From: Acidobacteriota bacterium
GTDB lineage: Bacteria; Acidobacteriota; CAIWXX01
Length of the DNA stretch: 64,000 bases
Reading direction: 5' to 3'
Assembly (NCBI GenBank): GCA_040755995.1
Contig: JBFMAF010000044.1
Span: forward strand, 1 to 64,000
Positions 28,559 through 38,877 of this stretch are shown one piece after another; position 1 is the stretch's first letter; every line of letters starts with the position of its first letter. The notes beneath the pieces are model-generated. The model was not told where the DNA came from. It made no database searches and was given only the letters and a program-made list of their open reading frames with translations. The translations under genes were made by a program, and so were the position numbers.

Positions 28559-29470
28559 ATGTCTGGAAACGGCTTGCGAATCGTTACCCGAGGCGACATG
28601 GATGGCCTCACCAGCGCGGTGATCATCTCCGTGAACGAGCGCGTGGAACGTGTCGCTCTGATCCATCCACAAGACATCACGAGTGGGAAGGTCGAGATTC
28701 TCCCCGGCGACGTCCTCGTCAATGTTCCGTTTCATCCGAACTGCTCGCTGTGGTTCGATCATCACCAGCACACGGCAACTTATCGAAAGCCTCCGGATCA
28801 GTTCAAGGGGGCCTACGGGATCGCTCCTTCTGCAGCTCACCTCGTGTACGAGTACTACGGCGGGAAACAGAAGATGCCGCAGTTCGAAGAACTGGTTCGA
28901 GAGACCGACCGGATGGATTCGGCCGATCTCACGCCGGAGGATGTCGTGGCTCCGAAGGGATACATCGAGCTGGGGTTCACGATCGACAGCCGGACCGGTA
29001 TAGGAGCGTTCGAGGACTACTTCCTGTCGCTGGTCGAGCTCCTTGCCAAAGCACCCCCGATCGCCGAGGTGCTGGCCAACCCTGCCGTGAAGAGGCGCTG
29101 CCAGATGATGAAGGAGAACGACGCCGAATATCGGAAGGCCGTCCAGGAGAACAGCCGAGTCGAAGGAAACGTCGTCATCACCGATTTCCGGCGGCTCGAA
29201 AGGAATCCAATCGGCAACCGCTTCCTGGTCTATGCCCTGTATCCCCACGTGAACGTATCCCTGCGGCTGCACTGGGGCCCGAAGAAGGAGTTCGTCGTCG
29301 CCGCGATCGGGCACAGCATCTTCAAGCGCGGATGCAAGTCTGACGTCGGCGAGATGGCGGCGCGGCACGGCGGCGGCGGCCACTTCGGGGCCGGCAGCGT
29401 CCCACTGCCCGTCGCCACTGCGGACGAAAAGATCTCGCAGATCATCGAGGAGCTCACGCGGACCGGATAG
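28559..29470 (+). CDS. DHH/DHHA1-family phosphoesterase
   Basis: TRGDMDG, WFDHH, GGGGH. Confidence 0.8.
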   Translation: MSGNGLRIVTRGDMDGLTSAVIISVNERVERVALIHPQDITSGKVEILPGDVLVNVPFHPNCSLWFDHHQHTATYRKPPDQFKGAYGIAPSAAHLVYEYYGGKQKMPQFEELVRETDRMDSADLTPEDVVAPKGYIELGFTIDSRTGIGAFEDYFLSLVELLAKAPPIAEVLANPAVKRRCQMMKENDAEYRKAVQENSRVEGNVVITDFRRLERNPIGNRFLVYALYPHVNVSLRLHWGPKKEFVVAAIGHSIFKRGCKSDVGEMAARHGGGGHFGAGSVPLPVATADEKISQIIEELTRTG

Positions 29471-29651
29471 CGTCCGGGTTGCGAACTCATCCGCATCTTC
29501 ACGCAGCGATCTGCCGCATCGCGATAGTGCACGGACAGTTGGCACACGCGCGCAGCGCTCTTCAGGCCTCTTGAGGCTGCCTTGATCCGGCGGGAGGCAT
29601 CTGCAATAATGCGTGAAGGTTTAGGGCGTCAAGTCAGAAGGGAGGACAACC

Positions 29652-30962
29652 ATGCATCACGGAGCAACCTGGCTGGTGGGCATCTCTGCGGCGGTCCTGT
29701 GGCTCGGGTTCCCTGCGACAACCCTCGGCGAGAGTTGGGCCAGGGTCATCGGCACTGGGAACATAGACGACGCGTACGGTCTGACGACGGCGGGCAACGG
29801 CGACATCATGCTGGCTGGGTACACCACAATGAACGGCGACAACCAGGACGACGTGTTCCTGATCAGGCTCAAACAGGATGGCGGTCCGAGGTGGATGAAG
29901 GCATACGGCGCGAGCGGCTCACAAACCGCCCATTCAATCATGCGATCCGCATCGGGCGGTTTCTACGTAGCTGGAAACATCGCACGAGGCAACGACCATG
30001 ACATCCTCTGTCTCAGTCTAACCGCGAGGGGGCGCATTCGCTGGCAGATGCGCTACGGAGGCGACGGGCAGGACGGGCTGAATGCGGCCGCGGCCACACT
30101 GGATGGCGGCTGCATCCTCGTGGGCTACACCAAATCGTTTGGAGCAGGTGGCTTGGATGCATGGTGTTTGAAACTGAGCTCCAGCGGGGCAGTGCAGTGG
30201 CAGAATGCGATCGGAACCACCGGCGACGACGTTGCCTGCTCGGTGTCTCAGATATCGGATGGTGGCTACTCGGTTGCGGGGCGGCAAGGCTCGTCGCTGT
30301 GGGTCGCCAGCCTTGATTCGACCGGCGAAGTCCGGTGGGAGAAGACCTACGCGGGAGATGTACGGAGCTTGAGCGCGACAGTCCGGCAGACTGGTGGTGG
30401 CGATTACTTCGTCCTTACTGAGGGGGTGTACTCGGTTGGGCAGAGCCCGGCGTGTGCTCTCCTGCGACTCTCCCCGGCGGGAGACGTCGTCTGGGCTAGG
30501 CTGTTCACAGATCAGACTTCCCGCGCGGTTTGGTCAGGCACAATGGAGCAGACGCGGACCGGAGCAATAGCGGTCTGCGGCCAGAAGCGGCAGGCATTGC
30601 ACGGCCCCGGCGATGGCTGGTACATGAAGCTGGATGGCACCGGTACAATCCAGACTCAATCCGCGTTTGGTGAGTTCTTGCGGAGCGCGGGAGTTACGGC
30701 AGACGGTGGCGGCGTCTTCGCGGGAGGCATCTACACCGCAGTGGGCGGCTACGACATGACTGTAGCCCGGGTGCCGGCGAGCGGGCAGTTCGAGGGCGGC
30801 TGCGATCGGTTTCGGGCAAGCGGGTTCACGGCATACGATGGCACGATCAGCGTGACCTCCGTCGCCTCGGCGGAGACACCCACAACGATCCGGGGTGTTG
30901 CGACTCAGTTGAGAAGTTACACACCAGAGGCGCGGGTCAAGGATACTTGCGCCAGGCGTTGA
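29652..30962 (+). CDS. Secreted beta-propeller-like repeat protein
   Basis: Signal peptide; repeated DxxLxKLxxxGxxxWxxxYGG units. Confidence 0.7.
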   Translation: MHHGATWLVGISAAVLWLGFPATTLGESWARVIGTGNIDDAYGLTTAGNGDIMLAGYTTMNGDNQDDVFLIRLKQDGGPRWMKAYGASGSQTAHSIMRSASGGFYVAGNIARGNDHDILCLSLTARGRIRWQMRYGGDGQDGLNAAAATLDGGCILVGYTKSFGAGGLDAWCLKLSSSGAVQWQNAIGTTGDDVACSVSQISDGGYSVAGRQGSSLWVASLDSTGEVRWEKTYAGDVRSLSATVRQTGGGDYFVLTEGVYSVGQSPACALLRLSPAGDVVWARLFTDQTSRAVWSGTMEQTRTGAIAVCGQKRQALHGPGDGWYMKLDGTGTIQTQSAFGEFLRSAGVTADGGGVFAGGIYTAVGGYDMTVARVPASGQFEGGCDRFRASGFTAYDGTISVTSVASAETPTTIRGVATQLRSYTPEARVKDTCARR

Positions 30963-31137
30963 GAGCGTCGCTGTCCACGGCACTCCAGGTGCACGAGAGT
31001 TGAGTTGCCTCCTCGCACGCTGTGACACCCCACGGTCGGAATGGCGAGCACCGCGCCCGCTTTCCTCTGAGTGACTGTCGCACGAACGCGGGGCACGTTA
31101 CGAGTGCATGAGGCGGACACGATCGATGAAGAATCCA

Positions 31138-32125
31138 CTACCGGACGGCCTCCTTCCACGCGCTCGATAGGTCGCGGGTCAGCTCCAGGCACGTGCGGCC
31201 GCACTTCCTGCTCGGCTCGATGTACGTGTGTTCCCACCACTCGTTCCACGACGTGATGAAAAGCCAGTCGGGGCCGCTGTCGGTTGCGACATCGAACGTG
31301 GCCCGATAGAACTCACCGTTCGCCCGGCCGAGGATCGGTGTGCTACGCCCCGGGATGAGATGATCGTGGTAGCTGGGCTGTACCGTGGCAGCCCAGATGC
31401 GCCGCTCCGGCGCCTGCATCAGCAACGGGAAGTTGTGGACCGTCCGGCGCGTTCTAGAGTAGACCCCGGCGAGATCGGTGGGCACCTTCACCTCGATCGA
31501 CTGCCGGTGAATGCGCGTGACCATGGCCTTAAGCTCGTCGAAGTACGTGTGGTTCTCTTCGATCTCCCGCCGGTCGAAGGGCCCGCCGTGAAGCCGAACG
31601 CCCTTGCCCGGGCGCAGAATCCCAGGGCTCGTGAAGCGCAGGTCCGGTCCCGGGCGAACCACTCTCACGGTGGACGTGCGGCTGTCCCGATAGGTCATGC
31701 CGCTCCAGACCCGCACCCAGTAGCGCTGAGTGTGATTCAAAGCTGGCGTGACGTACTCGGGCTGCGTGGCACCGTAGATGGGCCGGGATGTGTCCCCTGA
31801 TCGGCCCTTGTACCAACGATATCTGAGCGGTTCCTCGGACCAGCCGCTGATCTTCAATCGAGCCGAACCATCCTTCACAATTCGTTGGTCCGAGTGATCG
31901 CGCAGAATGTGTGGGCGCGGGGCGGCCGCAGCGGCCTGGGCGGCTCCGCTCGATCGGATGTCCACGTAGTATTGACTGACTACGAGGATGGGGGGACGAC
32001 AATCCGAAGATAGATCTCCGGTGCGTCGGATCTTGTTTCCGCCGTAATCGAGCTCGTAGTCAAAGGTCCACGCTCCTGAGTAGCAGAGGCTGGCATAGTC
32101 GGGCGTGGTTCCCCTGAGAACCTTG
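31138..32125 (-). pseudogene. Chimeric Ig/IPT-domain ORF fused to a copy of the GH99-like C-terminus; probably the frameshifted tail of the upstream phosphatase
   Basis: YRWYKG...YWVRV Ig-like domain and IPT-like segment; 31152-31489 is homologous to 35276-35613; frame stays open upstream to about 32125. Confidence 0.55.
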
Positions 32126-33392
32126 CATCGTCGCGGACCTGAAACTTGGCAAAGTGAAAGAAGCAGCCTCGGCAGGTCGTGTCGGTGGTGCAGGCCGGGT
32201 CCAACTTCGCCCCGCCTCCGCCCAGCACTAGATGCACAATCCCGTTCTCCACATTTGTAATCTGCTTGTAGTAGTGGTCGTGTCCGGCGATGATGAGGTC
32301 CACACCGTACTCCTTGGCGAGGGCTTCCAGGGGACGCCGCCTGTCGTCGATCTGGCAGTCACAGCTTAGGGGCGCGACATGGATAAGCACCAGCTTCCAC
32401 GGCTTGTTCGTGCCGGCAAGGTCTCTCTCAAGCCAGTCATACTGTTTGTGCCCGGGTGAAAGGCCGCTCCCCATGTGGCAGCCGCCAAGATCGTCGAGCT
32501 CGGAACTGTGGTATGCGTTGAGAACGGAGACGTGGATGGGGCCGTAGTCGAAGGAGTGGTAGGCGTCGCTCATGGCATCATCCCAGGGAGCCTGGAAATC
32601 TCCGTCATCATCGATATACGGGACCTGTCCAATGCTATCGTCGTACTCGGGATAGGGGAAATCTGTGTAGTAGTATTTCGGATAGTCTCCGTGATCCTCC
32701 CAGCTGAAATCGTGATTCCCCATGGCCACGGCGACCGGAACCTTCCCCAGGAGGTCCTCTGCATTCGAGTACTGCTTGAAGTAGTCCATCCAGGCGTTAT
32801 CGCTGTACCAGTAGTGAGTCTGGCCCCCATTGTAGACAACGTCACCGGAGTGAAGCACCAGGGTCTGAGTTGCCGACGAGTCATCCTCCAGGTCGCTCAA
32901 CAAGGCCTTGGTGACATTCTCAAAATCAGATCCGCAGTCGCGGGTGTCCCCATATCCGAAAAAGGTGAGGTGCTTTGCTGCGGGAATGAGTGGCATCACG
33001 AAGGTGTTCTCGATAGCATAAACGGCTTTGTCGTCGTCGTGGTCCAGTTCCTCTGAGAGATAGACCTTGTAACGGATACTCTGCCCGGGCTGAGCACAGA
33101 TAGTCCCACTCCACCGGATGAAGTCCTCGGACTGCGTACCACTATCCTCTTCGTTCTTGATGTTCTGGTGATCCTCAGACATGTCTGCAAGGTACAGCTC
33201 ACTTCCGCACGTGTACCCCCAGCGTATCCAGCCTCCGTGCAGGTGCGTGTCGGTTTGAACGTGGATCCTCATGCAGCTGGGGTTGTCGGTCATGACCAGG
33301 TAAGGACGGGTAAAGAGGTCGTGGGCCAGGGCGGGCGGCGCGGGGAGAAATGCAACAGCGACCAACAGCGAGGCGACCGCAACCCGTCGCAT
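31980..33392 (-). CDS. Secreted metallophosphoesterase (purple acid phosphatase-like)
   Basis: Signal peptide; YGD, SGDVVY, GNHD, AGHDH. Confidence 0.85.
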   Translation of the reverse strand: MRRVAVASLLVAVAFLPAPPALAHDLFTRPYLVMTDNPSCMRIHVQTDTHLHGGWIRWGYTCGSELYLADMSEDHQNIKNEEDSGTQSEDFIRWSGTICAQPGQSIRYKVYLSEELDHDDDKAVYAIENTFVMPLIPAAKHLTFFGYGDTRDCGSDFENVTKALLSDLEDDSSATQTLVLHSGDVVYNGGQTHYWYSDNAWMDYFKQYSNAEDLLGKVPVAVAMGNHDFSWEDHGDYPKYYYTDFPYPEYDDSIGQVPYIDDDGDFQAPWDDAMSDAYHSFDYGPIHVSVLNAYHSSELDDLGGCHMGSGLSPGHKQYDWLERDLAGTNKPWKLVLIHVAPLSCDCQIDDRRRPLEALAKEYGVDLIIAGHDHYYKQITNVENGIVHLVLGGGGAKLDPACTTDTTCRGCFFHFAKFQVRDDARFSGEPRPTMPASATQERGPLTTSSITAETRSDAPEIYLRIVVPPSS

Positions 33393-33949
33393 CTTCTCAG
33401 GTCGCCTCACCGCGGGCTTCCGGCTCGGGCGAGCCCAAGGGGGAGGTCCGCGGGTGTGGGGGGACATAGGAAGTTGATTCTCGTACCGGATAGCGGAAGT
33501 ACTACTGGAGTAGTAACACGAGCCTCCAGACGGAGGCAAACACACCCGTCCTCCGTCCCGAGGGACGGAGTATGGGCGCACTTGACTATGGAATTGCAGC
33601 GGTAGGCGGTTGAACACGGCCGGAGGATAGTGCCGGGATGCCTTGATGCCAAGTGTTTGTGAATGTCGTGAAAGTCGGAGAAAGTCGGAAAGTCGGAGCC
33701 TTTTGCGATGTAGGGCGCCAACTCGGGTTGGAGCAGGCGTGACCGGGCACGGGGCGACTGCTGAGGTGCCAAGGGGGGATGGATCGAGGCGTTCCTCTTC
33801 TACGACCGGGCGCTTTCGCTGAATTCCGACGACACGCAGAGTCTGGACAATGCCCGGGCGCTGTGGACAAGGCTGGGCGGCGCGCCCGAGGGATGGCGAA
33901 CGGAGCTCTTCGCGGCAAGGACCCGAAGCGGGGAGACCGCGGGAGTCCC

Positions 33950-34324
33950 CGCTGCCAGATGATGAAGGAGAACGACGCCGAGTATCGCAGCGCGCTCCAG
34001 GAGAACAGCCGTATCGAACGTAACCTCGTGGTTACGGATTTCCGGCGACTTGATAAGAACCCAATCGGCAACCGGTTCCTGGTCTATGCCCTGTACCCCG
34101 ACCTGAACGTATCCTTGCGCCTGCACTGGGGCCCGATGAAAGAGTTCGTCGTCGCGGCAGTCGGGCACTGCATCTTCAAACGCGGCTGCAAGTCGGACGT
34201 GGGCGAGATGGCGGCGCGGTACGGGGGTGGAGGCCACTTCGGCGCCGGCAGCGTCCCTCTGCCCGTCGCCACTGCGGACGAGAGAATCTCGCAGATCATC
34301 GAGGAGCTCAAGCGGAACGGGTGA
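33950..34324 (+). pseudogene. Duplicated 3' fragment (DHHA1 part) of the DHH phosphoesterase
   Basis: 375-bp colinear homologue of 29096-29470; lacks the N-terminal DxD and DHH motifs. Confidence 0.8.
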
Positions 34325-34464
34325 GAGGCGAGCGCGCGTGAATTGGATCGATGCGGAGTTTCACCGGCCGTGGCACTCGGCAGCCGTGCCACCTTCAAAC
34401 CCAAACCCTACTTTCTCTGGTGAGCACATGGGCGAAGTGGTAAGATTGAATTCGGAGACCAGAG

Positions 34465-34656
34465 ATGAACACCCAGCAGACCAGCCACGAGAAAGATGTC
34501 GAGGTGCACTGGACCGAGAGAGAACTCACAATAGAGGAACTGGCGAGGTTCCAGGGGGTCGTTGCGACTTCCAACGTTGAGGACCTGAAGGGGGACTGGC
34601 CAGATGACGAGCCGCTCGACGCGTTTCTGGCCACGATAGGCGAGATCCGGCTCTGA
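34465..34656 (+). CDS. Putative antitoxin
   Basis: Small acidic ORF with TGATG coupling to the PIN gene. Confidence 0.55.
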   Translation: MNTQQTSHEKDVEVHWTERELTIEELARFQGVVATSNVEDLKGDWPDDEPLDAFLATIGEIRL

Positions 34657-35057
34657 TGGAGGCCGTTCTTGTCGACACCGACGTGTTCTCCTTCTTCTTC
34701 AAGGGTGACACGCGCCGCAGGGCGTATGAGCCGGCGATAGCCAACAGACGCCTCTGTCTGGCCCTTCAGACGTATGGAGAGCTCAGGCTATGGGGCATCC
34801 AGAGGAGGTGGAACAACGCAAGGATCGACAGGTTGCTCCAAGTCCTTCGGCACTATGTCATCATCCCGTATGACACCGACCTTGCCGATTGTTGGGCTCG
34901 CATCACTGCTCACCGAAGGGACCTTGGGCGGCCTATCTCGTGCGGCGATGCCTGGATCGCGGCAGCCGCGCTTCGTTTTTGCATCCCTTTGATCACGCAC
35001 AACGGTGACCACTATTCGGATATTCCGGACCTCCGAGTCGTCTGTCACGCACGCTGA
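34656..35057 (+). CDS. vapC: VapC/PIN-domain toxin
   Basis: VDTDVFS, GEL, DAWIAAAA, LITHN. Confidence 0.85.
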   Translation: MEAVLVDTDVFSFFFKGDTRRRAYEPAIANRRLCLALQTYGELRLWGIQRRWNNARIDRLLQVLRHYVIIPYDTDLADCWARITAHRRDLGRPISCGDAWIAAAALRFCIPLITHNGDHYSDIPDLRVVCHAR

Positions 35058-35258
35058 CTGTGCGTGAGTCGCGTCTCGGTCACCGCACCCATCGGTTCCA
35101 CAGTACCCTCACAAACCTTGCCGGTCTGCGTGCGCACGGCACTGCGGACCGGTGACATCGCGAGCAGCTTCGGCCAGTCTGCCATGGACTCTGCCCATGG
35201 TCGCCCGGCTTGACCTTCCCGCATCCGGATCCCTCGGCCTCAACACCAGGCCGCAGCG

Positions 35259-36800
35259 TCAGTGTCCGTCATCCGCCTTCCACGCGCTCGACAGCTCCTG
35301 GGTCAGCTCCAGGTACGTGCGGCCGCACTTCCTGCTCGGTTCGATGTACGTGTGTTCCCACCACTCGTTCCACGACGTGATGAAAAGCCAGTCGGGGCCG
35401 CTGTCGATGGCGGCGTCGAACGTGGCCCGATAGAACTCACCGTTCGCCCGGTCGAGGGTCGGTGTGGTACGCCCCGGGATGAGATGATCGTCGTAGCCGG
35501 GCTGCACCGTGGCAGCCCAGATGCGCGGCTCCGGCGCCTGCATCAGCAACGGGAAGTTGTGGACCGCCCGGCGCGTTCTCGAGTAGACACCGGCGAGGTC
35601 GGTGGGCACCTTCTCGATTGAGTCCACGAAGTTCACCACGTTGTACGTGTGCAGACCCGCGAAAACGTCGAGTACATCAAGCTTGGGCCAGGCGGAAGTG
35701 AACTCGGCGATGAGAGCCGCCTCGCGCCCCGTCGAGTGCAGGATCTCAAGAATGTCTCTCCAGGTGGATGCCGGCACCGTGTGAGACGCCCACATGACGA
35801 AAACGGGCTTGCCGTCCAGCCTCATGTAGGCAGGGTGATTGCCGTATTTCGTGATCGCATACTTGAGCCAGGCGATGATCTCGGTCTTCTCTCTCGGTAC
35901 CGTATTCCCATCCGCATCTGTCGTGAGGAGCTCGAAGTTGATCATCACCTTGAAGTCACTCTTCGTTGCTTCCTCCAGGAGTTTCCCCAGATTCGCATCC
36001 GTGTAAGTTCCGGGCCCCCACCAGGACGACAGGAATCCGTCGATACCCGCCAGCTTCGCCTGATTGACGTGCCTGGCGATAATCGCGGGATCGTCAGAGT
36101 CGTAGTAGCCGCCGGCAGGTCGATCGGAGAGGATCGTGGTGTCCCAGGGGATGTCATACCAAGGGTAGTAGAAAGCCCATATCATCTTCTGCGGCTCGAT
36201 TCTCGGCGGCGTGCCGCTGAGGGGAGTCGAAGCCGCGAGGGAGCTCAGGTCCATCTCAAACTGCTGTGATTCGACCGAGTTGAATTGATACGTTCGGATG
36301 AGATCGGTCCCGCCCGCCCGCACCTTGTAGACCTGGAGGGTCGCAGGACCCTCGCCAAGCCCACGGTAGATGCATGGGAGCGGTGACGCGATTCCGGCGG
36401 CCTTCACGGCGCAATCAGCTGTGATCGCCACCTCAGTGCCGGCCGTCTTCGGCCCCACCCAGATTCCCCCGAGTGTCACGCCGTGCTTGTGGGTCTCTCC
36501 GTAGACAGCCATCTGGCGGACCGTGAGGAGCCTGCCAGTGTCACGCACCTCGACACTGGCCACCCCTTCGGTCGCCTTCAGTTTCAAACGCACTCTGTAG
36601 TACTCGACGGCCTCGGACGCGCGCGGGGAGTCCTGCGCTATCGCGGGCCGCGCGTGAGCGATCATCACACCCAGCGCACACAGGGCAAACGCCCTCAGGC
36701 CTCGCGTTGCTGGTCTCATCAGAGTCCTCCTTCGGCGGCTTCTCAACCGCCCCAAGCAGTCATGTGCGGCGCCGGACAGTGCGACCGGCGTTCCGTTCAT
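35259..36800 (-). CDS. Secreted GH99/GH71-like glycoside hydrolase
   Basis: AFYYPWY, AGIDGFLSSWWG, QPGYDD, ITSWNEWWEHTYIEPS. Confidence 0.8.
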   Translation of the reverse strand: MNGTPVALSGAAHDCLGRLRSRRRRTLMRPATRGLRAFALCALGVMIAHARPAIAQDSPRASEAVEYYRVRLKLKATEGVASVEVRDTGRLLTVRQMAVYGETHKHGVTLGGIWVGPKTAGTEVAITADCAVKAAGIASPLPCIYRGLGEGPATLQVYKVRAGGTDLIRTYQFNSVESQQFEMDLSSLAASTPLSGTPPRIEPQKMIWAFYYPWYDIPWDTTILSDRPAGGYYDSDDPAIIARHVNQAKLAGIDGFLSSWWGPGTYTDANLGKLLEEATKSDFKVMINFELLTTDADGNTVPREKTEIIAWLKYAITKYGNHPAYMRLDGKPVFVMWASHTVPASTWRDILEILHSTGREAALIAEFTSAWPKLDVLDVFAGLHTYNVVNFVDSIEKVPTDLAGVYSRTRRAVHNFPLLMQAPEPRIWAATVQPGYDDHLIPGRTTPTLDRANGEFYRATFDAAIDSGPDWLFITSWNEWWEHTYIEPSRKCGRTYLELTQELSSAWKADDGH

Positions 36801-36997
36801 TCGACCCTCCGCCTGATCATCTCCGTTCTCTACCCAGCAACAACGACGCACGGCAGGGAGATATTATGGGAGCAGCTCCAACATGTGACCCGGATCACCC
36901 GACGCGATCAGCCGGCGTCGTTCGACCCGCGCAGGCGCCGGCAAGCAATTTTGCGATAATAGAGCACCTGCCTCTGACGTTATAATAGACTGAAAGC

Positions 36998-37540
36998 ATG
37001 CAGCCGGATGAGCAACTGGTTCAGTTGTACCGGGAGGGGGACGAGGGGGCCTTCGAGGAGCTCTTCTCGAGGTACCGCCGGCCTGTTTTCGGCTTCATCC
37101 TAAAGATGCTCGGCAACAGGCCGGCGGCCGAGGACGTCTTTCAGGAGGTGTTCGCCAGGGTCCACGCGCGAATACGCGAGTACGAGTCCAACGAGAAGTT
37201 CTCGGGGTGGCTCTACACGATCGCATACCACCTCTGCGTGGATGCGCAGCGAAGGCAGAGAAGGCAGTGGTGGCTGCGCTTCGGCGCGGAGGCTCCCGAG
37301 CCGCGTTCCACGATGAATCCGGAAGATGAGGCAGCGAGTCGCGAGATGAAGGAGCTTGTCGCGGCACAGGTGGAGCACCTGGATCGGAGGCTGAAAGAGG
37401 TCTTCCTCCTGCGGACCCACGGGAACCTCCTGTTTCGTGAAATCGCAATGTTGCTCGATGTGCCGCTGAACACAGTGCTGGTCCGGTATCACCAGGCCGT
37501 ATTGGCATTGCGGGAAGCGCTCAAGGAAGGTGTCAGGTGA
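36998..37540 (+). CDS. ECF sigma factor
   Basis: AEDVFQEVF, FSGWLYTIA, EIAMLLDVPLNTV. Confidence 0.92.
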   Translation: MQPDEQLVQLYREGDEGAFEELFSRYRRPVFGFILKMLGNRPAAEDVFQEVFARVHARIREYESNEKFSGWLYTIAYHLCVDAQRRQRRQWWLRFGAEAPEPRSTMNPEDEAASREMKELVAAQVEHLDRRLKEVFLLRTHGNLLFREIAMLLDVPLNTVLVRYHQAVLALREALKEGVR

Positions 37541-37992
37541 CCTGCGAAGAATTGCAGACGAAGGCGATCTACTTGGCCGAGGACGATGCTTCTATGAGGG
37601 AGCAGGTGGAGGCGCACATCGCCGGATGCGCCGGCTGCTCCGCGTGGCGTGAGGAGTACCAGCGGGTCCTGCAGGCCTACTCGAGGACGATCCACGAGGA
37701 GGCACCGGCGCTAGTCCGGCGGCGCGCGCGACTTCCCCTTTCGCTGCTGCTCGCCGCTGCCGCAACGCTCCTGGTGGCGATCGGGATCGTGTTCTTGGTG
37801 GATTGGCGGCCGGCCACGCAGGAGGCCCCCATCTCATCCCCAGCCAGCGGTGCTCTCACACCCGCTCCTCCATCGCCGGCGCGGGCCGAGGACGTTCTCG
37901 CTGCACCAGACAGCGATTTCGATGCGCGCCTCGACGCCGTTCATCAGAGGGTCGCCTCGTTGAAACGCGAGCTCTCAGCCACGGAGTTCTAA
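37537..37992 (+). CDS. Zinc-finger (HxxxCxxC) membrane anti-sigma factor
   Basis: HIAGCAGC plus TM helix; coupled to the ECF gene. Confidence 0.8.
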   Translation: MTCEELQTKAIYLAEDDASMREQVEAHIAGCAGCSAWREEYQRVLQAYSRTIHEEAPALVRRRARLPLSLLLAAAATLLVAIGIVFLVDWRPATQEAPISSPASGALTPAPPSPARAEDVLAAPDSDFDARLDAVHQRVASLKRELSATEF

Positions 37993-37996
37993 GAAG

Positions 37997-38650
37997 ATGA
38001 TCAGCAACGCGAGACACACACGGTTCACCGCATCGGCAATTCGCAGGCCGGTGCCTGCGAGATCCGAGCATACGGCGATGCCGGGTCCGGGCGGAGCACG
38101 GATGGCCATGATGATCGCGATACTCGGAATTCTCGTACCGGCCGTTTGCGGCGGGACTCCACAGTCCGCCGCTAACCAGGTGACGGCACAGGAGGAGCGC
38201 GAGGTCATGGACTTCCTGCTCCCACTCGCGCCGAACATCACGGCCGAGCTGACGACTCTGAAGGCCAGCGACCCCGCGGCTTACACACAGAGGATCAGGA
38301 ACCTGCTGGACAAGAAGCACAGGCTCGACGAGTTGAAGAGAAACGACCCTGCGGGCTACGAATCACGCATTGAGGAGATCAGGCTGGAACAGAGGAGCCT
38401 GTATCTGTCGCAGCAGTACAGGGCAACGAAGGACCCGGCGGCACAGGCCCGTGTCAAGCAGGAGCTCACGACCGTTCTCGATCACCTCTTCGACATTCGC
38501 GGCCGGAACCGCGAAGCGGAGATACGGGCGCTCGAGGCCGAGATCGGGCGGTTGAAGGAGGCTCTGGCGGCACGCCAGCACAACAGAGAGGCGATACTGA
38601 AGGGCAAGCTGGAGGAGATGCTCGGCGAGAGCCCCGTTCGCGAGTGGTGA
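37997..38650 (+). CDS. Exported helical accessory protein of the ECF locus
   Basis: Hydrophobic signal-like segment; charged coiled-coil body. Confidence 0.55.
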   Translation: MISNARHTRFTASAIRRPVPARSEHTAMPGPGGARMAMMIAILGILVPAVCGGTPQSAANQVTAQEEREVMDFLLPLAPNITAELTTLKASDPAAYTQRIRNLLDKKHRLDELKRNDPAGYESRIEEIRLEQRSLYLSQQYRATKDPAAQARVKQELTTVLDHLFDIRGRNREAEIRALEAEIGRLKEALAARQHNREAILKGKLEEMLGESPVREW

Positions 38651-38877
38651 CCGTTCCAGTCGAAATGACGGATCGACTACGGAGTGCGCGTGCTCCTGCG
38701 ACCTGCTGCGGGACAGCCATTATTGATCCAGCACACAGCCCGACCTGATCAGAAGAGCTGGCCGCCTTGTGCGCGTAATAAAAGACGGAGATCGGTCGTT
38801 GTATCTGGGCAGAGCGCGGTTGAGTATCCGGGGCCCGCGGTGGGACACGGGGATTCGACCCGGCACAAGGAGGAGAA

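Noticed and set aside
33779..33949. N-terminal part of ORF 33779-34324 as a real domain
   Set aside because: Homology to the DHH gene begins abruptly at 33950, and the upstream translation looks like non-coding read-in
29096..35613. Duplicated gene ends as DGR template/variable repeats
   Set aside because: Differences are not adenine-specific (many are third-position C/G/T changes) and no reverse transcriptase is present
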